Source: Candidatus Eiseniibacteriota bacterium
GTDB taxonomy: Bacteria > Eisenbacteria > RBG-16-71-46
Assembly (NCBI GenBank): GCA_963717935.1
Contig: CAVQXP010000004.1
Coordinates: 992,001-1,056,000, forward strand
Direction: 5' to 3'
Length of the DNA: 64,000 bases
Below the pieces are notes generated by a model. The model had not been told where the DNA came from, ran no database searches, and worked only from the letters and a program-made list of their open reading frames with translations. How positions within the stretch are numbered: the first letter of the stretch is position 1; each line of letters begins with the position of its first letter. Below, in pieces: positions 1-10,068 of the stretch. The position numbers and the translations under genes are program-made.

Positions 1-369
1 CCGAACCCCTACCGCGTCGAGGCGCGCTGGGACGTGGGGCAGCGCGTGCGCGACCACTACCTGTGGTTCGCGAACCTGCCGAGGCGCTGCACGCTGCGGA
101 TCTACACGCTCGCCGGCGACCGGGTCTTCGAGACGCGCTTCGAGGGCTCGTCCTACCGGGGCGAGGGCGCGCGCGGGCTCTACGATCCGCGCACCGACCG
201 CGACGTGACGGCACCGTTCCTCTCGGGCGCCTCCTACGCCTGGAACATGATCACGAGCGAGGGGCAGGCGGTGGCGACGGGGCTCTACGTCTTCTCGGTC
301 GAGGACCTCGACTCGGGCAAGGTGTCGCGGGGCAAGTTCCTGATCGTGAAGTCGGACCGCGAGGACTGA
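1..369 (+). CDS. 5'-partial protein ending in a T9SS/FlgD-like C-terminal domain; paralog of 10065..12119
   Basis: Frame 1 is open from base 1: PNPYRVEARWDVGQRVRDHYLWF...IYTLAG...WNMITSEGQAVATGLY...KFLIVKSDRED, closely similar to the C-terminus of 10065..12119. Confidence 0.85.
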   Translation, partial: PNPYRVEARWDVGQRVRDHYLWFANLPRRCTLRIYTLAGDRVFETRFEGSSYRGEGARGLYDPRTDRDVTAPFLSGASYAWNMITSEGQAVATGLYVFSVEDLDSGKVSRGKFLIVKSDRED

Positions 370-384
370 GCGCCGGCTCCCCGG

Positions 385-2646
385 CTACGGCGACGGGGTG
401 GCGGACGGCCGCCGCGCGACGGCCGCGGCCCAGCGGTTGAACAGCCGCAGCGCCCGGTCCGCGGTGCGGAAGGTGGGCACGCCGCCCGATTCGAGCAGCG
501 CGGCCATCGGGTCGTAGAGGCTCCCCGCGTCCACCACCGCGACCCAGGGCTTCGTGGTCGCGTGATACAGGCGCACCAGGCGGTTCGCGATCGAGTCCTC
601 GCGGGTCAGGTCCTCGCCGTGAACCTCGCCCTTCACCAGCGTGTTGAGCGCCATGGTCATGGGCACGCAGCCGACCAGCCCCGCGTCCACGCCCGGGTCG
701 GCCAGCACCAGCCGCGCGATCTCCTCGTAGTCGGCGTCGCCGACGATAGGCGTGAGGTCCATCGGGTCGTGCACGCTGACGATCTCGGCGATGCGCGCGC
801 GCTTCAGCACCTCGCCGAGCGCGGCGACCGTGGCGGGGGAGAAGTCGGCGAGCGTGAACGCGCCCAGGTTGTCGGCGATGGCCACGCACTCGAAACCGGC
901 GTTGGAGAGCGCGCCGAACCGCCGGCCCGCGGGTCGACGGCCCCGCAGCGCGACGAACAGGCGCACCAGGTCCTCGAAGTCCTCGAGCGTGTCGGCCAGC
1001 ACGATGCCCGCGGTCTCGGCCAGCCGCCGGGTCACCGCGTAGTCGCCGGCGACCGAGGCGGTGTGGCTCGCGGCCGCGGCCGCGCCCGCGCTGGTGCGGC
1101 CCGCGCGGTAGAGGATGACCGTGCGCCCGCCGGCGACGATCCGGCGCGCGGTCTCGAGGAAGCGCAGCCCGTCGAGCGGGCGGAACCCCTCGAGGTACAC
1201 GGCGAAGATCTCGACGGCCGGGTCGTCCTGGAGGAAATCCAGGTAGTCGGCGGCGGTCAGGTCCATCTGGTTGCCGATGGTCAGGATGTAGCGCGGGTTC
1301 AAGGTCGCGAGCTTGTTCGCCTTCGAGACCGCGAAGGCGCCGCTGCCGGCGACGAACGCCACCGGGTGCTCGGCGCCGCGCGCCATCGGCATCTTGTGGT
1401 CGGGGATGAAGAGCGTGTTGTAGCGCCCGGGCACGGAGCGCACGCCCAGGCAGTTTCCGCCGTTGATGACCGGGCCGCCCCAGGCGGTGGCGCGCGAGCC
1501 GGCGATGGCCCGGCGCATGCGGGCGACGAGCGGTTCGCTCCCGGGCTTCTCCTCGAGCCCGCCGGGGATGAGGATGACGCTCTCGGCGTGCTGGCCCTCG
1601 GCGATCGCGGCGATGGCCTCGGGGGCCTGCGCGGCCGAGATGCTGAGGATGAGCAGGTCCTGCCGTGCGGGCAGGGCCTCGAGCGCGGGCACGCACTTCA
1701 CCCCGTCGATCTGCTCGGTCCCCGGCTTGACGATGGTGATGTCCGCGGGGGGGAAGCCGTCGCCGAGCAGGTTGCGCAGGATCTGCCGCCCGGGGTTCAT
1801 GCCCTTCTCCGACACGCCCATCACCGCGGCGGTGCGCGGCTGCAGCAGCCGCCCGATCTTCGCCACCGGACGCGGCGCCGGGAGCGCGGGTGCGGGGGGG
1901 CCGAGCTTGAGCAGGGCGTCGAGCGCGACGAAGCGCCCGTCCGCGAGCACGAGCGGGTTGATCTCGAACTCGGCGATGGGGTCGGGCACGAACGCCGCCG
2001 CCAGCTCGAGGAAGCGGCTCACGAGCTCCACGAGCCGGGCCAGCGGCACGAGCGCCGGGTGGCCGCGCCGCGGCTCGGTCACGAGTCGCACGACCGCGAC
2101 CTGCGCCAGCGCGCGCTCGATCTCCGCGGCGCCGGCGAGACCGGGCGAGAGCAGCGCGAGCGAGCGGTCGTCGCGGATGCTCTGCGCCAGGAACTCGGTG
2201 TGGATGCCGCCCGCGCCCAGCGTGACGACCGGGCCGAAATCGGCGGTCCAGCGCATGCCGAGCAGCAGCTCGTGGCCGGGCTCCGCCCGGTGGGGGATGA
2301 ACTCCATCAGCAGGAAGCCGTCCACGCCCTGCCCGGCGAAGCGCCGCTCCATCTCCGCGAGGCCGGCGCCCAGGGCTGCGGGCGTGTTGTCGAGGATGGC
2401 GACGCCGCGGGCCTCGGTCTTGTGGAGGATCTTCGGCGAGACCACCTTGAGCACCGCGCGCGTCCCCGGGAAGGGCGGCGGGCTCAGGCGCGCCGCATCC
2501 GCCGACCCCGCGAGCAGGATCCGCCGCGGGACGGGAAGGCCGGCGGCCTCGAGCAGGTCCATGCCCTCGGGTTCGGTCAGCACGCCCGCGGCGCGATGGC
2601 GGGCCGCCGCGAGCAGGTTCGAGACACGCGCCCGGTCGAGGCTCAC
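385..2646 (-). CDS. ADP-forming acetate/acyl-CoA ligase, single chain with ATP-grasp domain N-terminal and CoA-binding/ligase domains C-terminal
   Basis: LKVVSPKILHKTE and EFEINPL (ATP-grasp); GGNCLG, ASHTASVAG (phospho-His), SNAGFE; GTG start at 2646 overlaps the iorB stop. Confidence 0.85.
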   Translation of the reverse strand: MSLDRARVSNLLAAARHRAAGVLTEPEGMDLLEAAGLPVPRRILLAGSADAARLSPPPFPGTRAVLKVVSPKILHKTEARGVAILDNTPAALGAGLAEMERRFAGQGVDGFLLMEFIPHRAEPGHELLLGMRWTADFGPVVTLGAGGIHTEFLAQSIRDDRSLALLSPGLAGAAEIERALAQVAVVRLVTEPRRGHPALVPLARLVELVSRFLELAAAFVPDPIAEFEINPLVLADGRFVALDALLKLGPPAPALPAPRPVAKIGRLLQPRTAAVMGVSEKGMNPGRQILRNLLGDGFPPADITIVKPGTEQIDGVKCVPALEALPARQDLLILSISAAQAPEAIAAIAEGQHAESVILIPGGLEEKPGSEPLVARMRRAIAGSRATAWGGPVINGGNCLGVRSVPGRYNTLFIPDHKMPMARGAEHPVAFVAGSGAFAVSKANKLATLNPRYILTIGNQMDLTAADYLDFLQDDPAVEIFAVYLEGFRPLDGLRFLETARRIVAGGRTVILYRAGRTSAGAAAAASHTASVAGDYAVTRRLAETAGIVLADTLEDFEDLVRLFVALRGRRPAGRRFGALSNAGFECVAIADNLGAFTLADFSPATVAALGEVLKRARIAEIVSVHDPMDLTPIVGDADYEEIARLVLADPGVDAGLVGCVPMTMALNTLVKGEVHGEDLTREDSIANRLVRLYHATTKPWVAVVDAGSLYDPMAALLESGGVPTFRTADRALRLFNRWAAAVARRPSATPSP

Positions 2647-3215
2647 GCGGAGGCCCTCCAGCCCGCCTCGAAGGCGGCGAGGTTCACCTCCAGCGCGCGG
2701 TCGCCCTTGGCCCCGAAGGTCTGGCGGATGGCGCCGTCGAACGACTCGCGCCGGAGCGGCAGCAGGTGCGCCGCGGCGCCGACCATGACGGTGTTCTTGC
2801 ACAGCGCGTCGCCGGCCTCGCGGGCGAGCCGCTCGGCCTCGACCAGCACGGCACGCGGCAGGCGCCGCACCTGGGCCACGATCTCCTCCTTCGGCGGGTA
2901 GTCCGGGATGTTGACGAACGGATCCGCCGCCGTGACCACGGCGGCCGTGGGCGAGAGGTACGCCACGTAGCGCAGGCTCTCGAGCGGCTCCATGGAGAGG
3001 ATCAGGTCGGCCGTGCCGAGCGGGATGAGGTCGCTCGCGATGACCTGGTCGGAGAGCCGCAGGTGGGAGAGCACCGCTCCGCCGCGCTGCGCCATCCCGT
3101 GCACCTCGGACTGCTTCACCTGGAGTCCCTCGGCCACGGCGGCCCGGCCGATCAGCGCGGCCAGGGACAGCACGCCCTGCCCGCCCACACCCGCCAGCAT
3201 GATGTCGTATTTCAT
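2643..3215 (-). CDS. iorB: Indolepyruvate:ferredoxin oxidoreductase beta subunit
   Basis: MKYDIMLAGVGGQG...SEVHGMAQRGGAV...EPLESLRY; ATGA overlap with the iorA stop. Confidence 0.92.
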   Translation of the reverse strand: MKYDIMLAGVGGQGVLSLAALIGRAAVAEGLQVKQSEVHGMAQRGGAVLSHLRLSDQVIASDLIPLGTADLILSMEPLESLRYVAYLSPTAAVVTAADPFVNIPDYPPKEEIVAQVRRLPRAVLVEAERLAREAGDALCKNTVMVGAAAHLLPLRRESFDGAIRQTFGAKGDRALEVNLAAFEAGWRASA

Positions 3216-4828
3216 GACTTCTTCACCTCCACCTGCCTGCGCTTGCGGCGCGCCGTCTCGAGACACTCGCGCACGGCGATGACGACCGACAGGCCCCGGT
3301 GCGCGATCTCGCCGCGCAGCAGCTCGGCGATCTGCGGCACCTTGCGCGGCATGACCTCGACCACGTGCAGGTGCCCGGGTTTCACGCCCAGCCCGAGCAC
3401 GATGTCCTTCAGGCGTGAGGACGGCGCGATGGACTCCTGCCCGCCGGTCATGGCGGTGGTCTCGTTGTCGAGGATGATCAGCGTCATGTCGGTGTCCTCG
3501 TGCACGGCGTCGAGCAGCGGCGTGAGTCCGGAATGCAGGAACGTGCTGTCGCCGATGACCGCCACGGTGGGGCGGAAGCCGGCCTCCGAGGCGCCCTTGG
3601 CCATGCTGACCGAGGCGCCCATGCAGACGCACGACTCGATGGCGTCGTAGGGTGGCAGGGCGCCCAGGGTGTAACAACCGATGTCGGCGGTCACGATGCT
3701 CTCGGCCTGGCCCTCGAGCGCCTGCTTGAGCGCGTTGTACATGTGGCCGTGGGGACAGCCCTGGCAGAGCTGCGGAGGTCGCGTGGGGAGCGCCAGGTCG
3801 CCCAGGTCCGTGAGGGGCCGGGTCGGCAGTCCCAGCGCCGGGCGCACGTTGTCGGGCGTCAGCTCGCCCTCGGGGGGCACCTCGCCCGTCAGCTTCCCGA
3901 GGATGGGCAGCGGCGTGCCGAGCAGTCCGCGCAGCAGGCGCTCGACCAGCGGGTAGCCCTCCTCGAACACGAGCAGCCGCTTCACGTGCCCCGCCAGCCG
4001 GCGGATCAGGGCGAGCGGGAGCGGGTAGGCGCCGATGTGCAGGTGGGAGGGGCGGCTCTCGAGCCCGCTCACGTTCTCCTCGAAGTAGTTCCGCGCCAGC
4101 CCGGTGGTGATCACGCCCAGCTCGCGGTCGTCCGGGTTCAGCGTGAGCCGGTTCCAGCGGCAGTCCTCGCTCCAGGCGACCATCTCCTGCTGGCGGCCGA
4201 GCAGGTCGTGCCACTGGCGCCGGGCGTTGCTCGGCAGCAGGATCCACGACCGTGGCTGCGGGGCCTTGCGCACCGGGTTCTCGGGCCGCGGCTCGGCGGC
4301 CACCTCGATCGCGGTGCGGCTGTGCGCCAGCCGGGTCACCAGTCGCATCATCACCGGCACGCCGAAGCGTTCGGAGAGGTCGTAGGCCTCGAGCGTCATG
4401 TCGTAGGCCTCCTGCTGCGTCGCGGGCTCCAGGCACGGGACCCGCGCGAAATCGGCATAGAAACGGCTGTCCTGCTCGTTCTGCGAGGAGTGCATGCCCG
4501 GGTCGTCGGCGACCGCGACCACCAGCCCGCCGTGCATGCCCACCAGCGCCGCGTTCACGAACGGGTCGGCCGCGACGTTGAGCCCGACGTGCTTCATCGA
4601 GACCAGCGCCCGCCGTCCGGCGAAGCAGGCGCCGAGCGCCTCCTCCATCGCGGTCTTCTCGTTGGCGCACCAGGCCGCGAAGGGGCGGCCGTGCTTGCGG
4701 CGGTACTCGAGCAGGTACTCGAGGATCTCGGTGGCGGGCGTGCCCGGGTAGGCGTACGCCGAGGTCACCCCGGCGTGCACCGCGCCGAGCGCGACGCATT
4801 CGTCTCCTAGCAGGATCCTGCGGGGCAT
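3212..4828 (-). CDS. iorA: Indolepyruvate:ferredoxin oxidoreductase alpha subunit (TPP-binding; no C-terminal ferredoxin domain)
   Basis: YPGTPATEI, NEKTAME, MKHVGLNVAADP, SSQNEQD, LCQGCPH, DIGCY, GDSTFLHSG, DNETTAMTGGQ; GGAGG RBS before the ATG at 4828. Confidence 0.92.
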   Translation of the reverse strand: MPRRILLGDECVALGAVHAGVTSAYAYPGTPATEILEYLLEYRRKHGRPFAAWCANEKTAMEEALGACFAGRRALVSMKHVGLNVAADPFVNAALVGMHGGLVVAVADDPGMHSSQNEQDSRFYADFARVPCLEPATQQEAYDMTLEAYDLSERFGVPVMMRLVTRLAHSRTAIEVAAEPRPENPVRKAPQPRSWILLPSNARRQWHDLLGRQQEMVAWSEDCRWNRLTLNPDDRELGVITTGLARNYFEENVSGLESRPSHLHIGAYPLPLALIRRLAGHVKRLLVFEEGYPLVERLLRGLLGTPLPILGKLTGEVPPEGELTPDNVRPALGLPTRPLTDLGDLALPTRPPQLCQGCPHGHMYNALKQALEGQAESIVTADIGCYTLGALPPYDAIESCVCMGASVSMAKGASEAGFRPTVAVIGDSTFLHSGLTPLLDAVHEDTDMTLIILDNETTAMTGGQESIAPSSRLKDIVLGLGVKPGHLHVVEVMPRKVPQIAELLRGEIAHRGLSVVIAVRECLETARRKRRQVEVKKS

Positions 4829-5015
4829 AGAACCTCCGACCGGTGTGCGGCCGGGCCCGGGGGCGCCGCGGGCCGCGGAGCGCGGCGCCGCTCCGCGGCC
4901 GAGACCGCTTCCGGACCCTTCGTGACTCGACGGCGGCATCCTACGGGACGGTCGGCCGCGGCAGAAGGATACCGAAGGATACCCTCGCTGCCCGCGCGTC
5001 TTCGCGTGACTTGAC

Positions 5016-5044
5016 TTGACCCGCGCGGGGCCGACGGGTAACGT
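5016..5044 (+). promoter_or_regulatory. Putative sigma70 promoter of the TBDR-PorV operon
   Basis: TTGACC-17bp-TAACGT upstream of the ATG at 5078. Confidence 0.5.
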
Positions 5045-5077
5045 CACGCACCCTACAATCACGGGCCCAGCCACCCT

Positions 5078-7872
5078 ATGCGTCTACCGAACCTCGCACT
5101 CCTCCTCGTCGTCCTCGCGCTGAGCGCGGCGCCCGTCGCTGCCCAGGATCGCGGGAGCATCGCCGGGAAGGTCTCCGACAAGCGCAGCGGCCACGCGCTC
5201 GCGTTCGCCAACGTGACGGTGGTCGAGGCCAAGCGCGGCGTGCTGACCGACTCCGAGGGGCAGTTCCTCCTCTCGGGCGTGCCGCCGGGCACCTACGAGG
5301 TCCGGGTCCAGTTCCTCGGCTACAAGCCCGAATCGCGCGCCGGCGTCGTGGTCGTGGGCGGCAGGACGGCCAGCGCCAACTTCACGCTCGAGGAGCAGGT
5401 GGTCGCGACCACCAGGACGGTCGAGGTCTCGGCCGAGCGCCGCCTGGTCGAGACGCGCCAGGGCGCCACGGTCCGCAGCGTGAACGCGACCGAGATGCGC
5501 AACCTGCCGGTGCAGACCATCGGCGAGGTGCTCCAGCAGCAGGCCGGCATCACCACCGAGAACGACCAGATCCACGTGCGCGGCGGCCGCGCCGACGAGA
5601 CCATCTTCGTGGTGAACGGCGTCGCCAACCGCGACCTGGTGACCGGCCAGTCCACGGCCGGTCAGTTGAACGCCCGTTCGGTGGCCGAGGTCAACGTCGC
5701 CACCGGCGCGTACGACGTGCGCTACGGCAACGCCCTGTCGGGCGTGGTGGAGATCAAGCTGAAGGAGGGCGGCGACAAGGCCACCGCCGGCGTGACGCTG
5801 ACCAGCGGCTCCTACGGCGGCCGCAACGTCCAGGCCGTGGTCGGCGGGCCCGATCCGCTGTTCGGACCGCTGTTCCGCGCGCTCCGCCTCCCGGGCCCGG
5901 TCACCGGGTTGCTCGACGTCTCGGGCAGCCTGTACCAGACGCGCTTCCTGTCGCCGGGGGGAACTCCTGGAACGTCTTCCAGAACGTCTTCATCCCCGAG
6001 GACCACCAGCGGCTGCGGACGAGCTACGAGGACAGCTTCCTGGGCACGAGCTTCCGCTACGGCGACGCGTTCTCACCTTCGCGCGACAACCGCTGGGCGG
6101 GGCGCTACGCGCTCCTGTGGAAGCCCGGGCAGCGCGACAAGGTGACGTTCGATTTCAGCAAGCGCATCGCCATCGACCAGGGCTTCAGCCGGACCTTCAT
6201 CACCGCCACCGGCGACCAGGGCGACCCGTCCTACCCGTGGATCTGGGATCACCGCATCGATCACGCCGGCACCACGTTCGAGGACAACGTGCAGTCCTCG
6301 GTGGAGTGGCGCCGCACGCTCTCGACCACCGGCTTCACCGTCCTGCAGCTCTCGCGTTACTTCTACGCGCGGCGCGAGGACGTGATGGGCAAGATGTGGT
6401 GGGAGTACGAGCAGCCCGACGACTACTCCCTGCCCGCGTTCCTGCCGGACGGGCAGCCGGACCCGCGCCGGACGGACTTCTTCATCGACACGGGCGACGA
6501 CAACACCTGGTCGGACCGCCGCAGCACGAGCTATGGCCTGCAGTGGGGCCTGACCCAGCGCGTCAATCGCCATGAGCTGGAGGTCGGGCTCGAGCACCAG
6601 TTCCAGACGGTGCAGTACGTCACCATCACGAACCCCTGGGTCTACGACCCGAACGGGCTGGGCGAGGCGCACGACCTGTGGCGGGTGCATCCCTGGGTGG
6701 GCGATTTCTACCTGCGGGACCGGCTGGAGTACGAGGGCTTCACCGCCAACATCGGCCTGCGCGCCGACTACTGGTTCGTGGGGCGCGAGGCCGAACGGGC
6801 CATCGCGGACACCGCCAACACGAACATCAGCACCGGCGTGCGCGAGGACTTCTACAACGACACGCACTCGCTCTTCGGCCGGCGCTACAAGCTGCGCATC
6901 TCGCCGCGCGTGATCGTGGCCCATCCGATCACGGCCAACAGCAGCTTCTTCTTCAATTACGGCGAGTTCACCCAGAATCCGTCGTACCGCTACGTCTATT
7001 CGAAGCTCGCCTCGATCTCGAGCGAGTCGTTCCCGCTGCTGGGGAACCCCGACCTGAACCCGCAGGTCTCCGTGAACTACGAGGTCGGGGCGAAGCACCA
7101 GTTCCTGTCCACCACGGCGGTCAACGTCACGTTCTTCCAGAAGGACATCTACGATTATCCCTCGGCGACGACCTTCAAGCGCTCGCAGGGCGCCAGCCTG
7201 GTGGACATCTTCGTCTACCTGAACGGGCATTTCGCGCGCTCGAAGGGCTTCGAGATCGAGATCGAGAAGCGGCGCAGCAACTACTGGTCCGGCAAGCTGA
7301 TCTACACCTTCCAGCAGACCAAGGGGAAGAGCAGCGACCCCAACGAGCAGCGCGTGGTGCAGGAGAACGGCGGCGATGCGGCCGAGACCCGGCTCTCGGA
7401 GACCTTCGTCTCGTGGAACCGGCCGCAGAAGCTGACGCTGGGCTTCGACCTGCGCTTCGACGACCGCGCGCCCGAGCGCTTCGGGTGGTTCAAGCACTCG
7501 GGCCTCAACGTCTACGTGCAGGGCCAGACGGGCCGCGCCTTCACGCCCATCAACCTCTATTCCACGCAGGCGGCCACGCCCTACTCGAGGAACGCGCCCT
7601 TCCAGATCACGACCGACGTGCGCCTGAACCACTACTTCCGGTTCAGCGGGCACCGGCTCGACCTGAGCCTGACCGGCCTGAACGTCTTCAACAACCACCT
7701 CATCTACCGCGTGGACCGGGTGACGGGGCAGGGGCGCGTCTGGGGCAAGGGCGAGTACGATCCGGCGCTGTTCCCGCGCGTCGACGAGTACACCTACGTC
7801 TCCCAGCTCCTCGACCCCTCGAACTACGGACCCGGCGCGCAGTACCGCCTGAGCCTCGACTATGACTTCTAG
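5078..7872 (+). CDS. TonB-dependent receptor with N-terminal carboxypeptidase-regulatory-like domain; one frameshift at the G6 run 5956-5961
   Basis: Signal peptide, GSIAGKVSD..GVPPGTYEV, plug HVRGGRADE..GAYDVRYGNALSGVV; barrel continues in the frame of ORF 6142..7872 (GNPDLNPQ, terminal YDF); one extra G joins the two frames. Confidence 0.85.
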
Positions 7873-7882
7873 GGAGCGTCTG

Positions 7883-8869
7883 ATGCGCGGCCTCGTGCCG
7901 GCCCTCGTCCTCGCGGTGCTCCTCGCCGCGCCGGCGTCGGCGCAGTTCTCGCTCGGCCAGCAGCGCGCGGGCACGTCCTCGGGCACGTTCCTGAAGATCG
8001 GCATCGGGGCGCGCGCCGTGGGGATGGGCGAGTCGTTCGTGGCGGTCGCCAACGATCCGACCGCGATCTTCTGGAACCCGGCGGGGCTGGCCTCGATGCA
8101 GCGGCAGGAGATCTCCTTCAACCACCTGTCGTGGCCCGGTGACATCAACTACGAGCACGTCGCCTACGTGATGCCGGTGCGCCGGCTGGGCGGCTCGCTC
8201 GCCTTCCAGATGGGCGCGCTGTCGACGCAGATCGACGAGACCACCGAACTGCAGCCGTTCGGGACCGGGCGCTCGTTCTACTACTCGGACATCGTGGCGG
8301 GAGCGGCCTACGCGCGGCGCTGGACCGACAAGCTGCTCATCGGCGCCGGGCTGAAGTACGTGCGCGAGGACCTGGGCAGCGACGTGGGCGGCCCCGTGAC
8401 CAGCGCGCTCCTCGTCGACGTCGGTTCGATCTACTACCTGGGCTACGGCAGCGTGCGCATCGCCACCTCGCTCTGCAACTTCGGCGCCCAGCTCAAGCCG
8501 AGCGGCAATTTCATCTCGCCCGTGACCGGCGAGGAACGCTCCTACGACGGCTTCGACCCGCCCACGGTGTTCCGCTACGGCATCGCCTTCGAGCCGATCG
8601 AGAGCCAGCGCCAGAGGCTCACCACCTCGCTCGAGGTGAACCAGCCGTCCGACAACCAGCAGCTGGTGAAGCTCGGCCTCGAGTGGACCTGGGAGCGCCG
8701 GCTCGCCCTGCGCTCGGGCTACAACTTCAGCGCCGACGAGCTCAAGCTCTCGGCCGGCGCGGGCCTGTTCGCTTCGATCGGCCAGACCAAGGCCACGGTG
8801 GACTACAGCTACACCGACGGCGGATTCCTGGGTGGCATCAACCGGATCGCCCTGGGGATGAGGTTCTGA
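7883..8869 (+). CDS. PorV/PorQ (UPF0164)-family outer-membrane beta-barrel
   Basis: FLKIGIGARAVGMGESFVAVANDPTAIFWNPAGL, LALRSGYNF, terminal F; alternative start at 7862. Confidence 0.88.
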   Translation: MRGLVPALVLAVLLAAPASAQFSLGQQRAGTSSGTFLKIGIGARAVGMGESFVAVANDPTAIFWNPAGLASMQRQEISFNHLSWPGDINYEHVAYVMPVRRLGGSLAFQMGALSTQIDETTELQPFGTGRSFYYSDIVAGAAYARRWTDKLLIGAGLKYVREDLGSDVGGPVTSALLVDVGSIYYLGYGSVRIATSLCNFGAQLKPSGNFISPVTGEERSYDGFDPPTVFRYGIAFEPIESQRQRLTTSLEVNQPSDNQQLVKLGLEWTWERRLALRSGYNFSADELKLSAGAGLFASIGQTKATVDYSYTDGGFLGGINRIALGMRF

Positions 8870-10068
8870 TGCGGCGCGCGCTCGCGGTCCTGGCCCTGTT
8901 CGTCGCGGCCGGCGGGTTCGCCGGCTGCGGCGGGAACTTCGCGCTGCCCACGGAGAGCCGCGACAAGGTCATCCCCAGCGACAAGAGCTACCAGATGGTG
9001 GCCACCTGGACCGAGATGAACGGCGTCCGCGACATCCTGCTGACGCAGGGGACGGGCACGCAGCTCTTCGTGCTCTTCAACCACGGCGGCACGGGCACGG
9101 CCTCGCGCGGCGAGGTGCTGGCCTATGCGCGCCTCAAGCCCACCGGACCGCAGACACCGCTCCCGGACATCGGGTTCCAGGGGCTCTTCAACCCGGTCGC
9201 GGTGTGCGCGGGCGGCGACGGCGCGGGCCGGTCGGCCAACCGCATCTTCATCCTGGACCAGGGCGACACCACCCTGGCGCGGGTCAACCCCCTGACGCAC
9301 ATCTACGGCGACCCGACCGGGATCGGCACCCCCGAGATGGGGAAGTGGTTGCTGAACGACGTCTCCGACTTCGGCCTCTACTGCCGCGTGCGCGAGTACG
9401 GCCTGCTCGGCGGGGACACGATCAGCACCTTCATCGACACGACGATGGCCATCGTGAACGGCATCGCGGCCGACGCCCAGGGGCGCGTGTACGTCTCCGG
9501 CGCCTCGATCGTCTTCGTGCGCGACGTCCTGAATCCGGTCTTCAGGGAGCGCACGCTCCTGTGGCGCGTCAACCGCTACCTGCGCGGGCCGCGCTACCCG
9601 GGGGTCTACGACTACTTCATGCCCGGTTCCAGCTGGCACCTCGACACGACCTGGGTGGTGAACGGCGGCAGCGGCGTCGGCACGGTTCGGGACCCGCGTG
9701 GCATCTTCTGGGGGCCCTACGGCGGCGGGGCGGTCTACGCCGCGGATTTCGGCAAGAACTGGGTCCAGAAGCTGAGCGACCTCTTCCCGAGCACGGGCTT
9801 CTTCGCCATCGACCAGGCCGGTTCGGCGCTGGTCGAGCCGCTGGACGTCACGGCCGACCCGCAGGGCTTCATCTACCTCACGGACACCGGCAACCAGCGT
9901 GTCCTGCGCTTCGACGGCACGGGTGGGTTCGTCCAGAGCGTGAACGTGGAGCTGGACGCCTTCGGCCGCTCCCTGCTGAGCCCCGTCACGGTCGCGGCGG
10001 ATGACTCGCTCGTGTTCGTGGGCGACGCCGGCCTGGCCGAGGTGATCCGCTACAAGAGGCGGCCGTGA
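8869..10068 (+). CDS. NHL-repeat/beta-propeller lipoprotein
   Basis: Lipobox FAGC; repeats PRGI..VYAADFGKNWVQK, PLDVTAD..IYLTDTGNQRVLRFD, PVTVA..VFVGD; TGATG coupling to the porV-like gene. Confidence 0.75.
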   Translation: MRRALAVLALFVAAGGFAGCGGNFALPTESRDKVIPSDKSYQMVATWTEMNGVRDILLTQGTGTQLFVLFNHGGTGTASRGEVLAYARLKPTGPQTPLPDIGFQGLFNPVAVCAGGDGAGRSANRIFILDQGDTTLARVNPLTHIYGDPTGIGTPEMGKWLLNDVSDFGLYCRVREYGLLGGDTISTFIDTTMAIVNGIAADAQGRVYVSGASIVFVRDVLNPVFRERTLLWRVNRYLRGPRYPGVYDYFMPGSSWHLDTTWVVNGGSGVGTVRDPRGIFWGPYGGGAVYAADFGKNWVQKLSDLFPSTGFFAIDQAGSALVEPLDVTADPQGFIYLTDTGNQRVLRFDGTGGFVQSVNVELDAFGRSLLSPVTVAADDSLVFVGDAGLAEVIRYKRRP

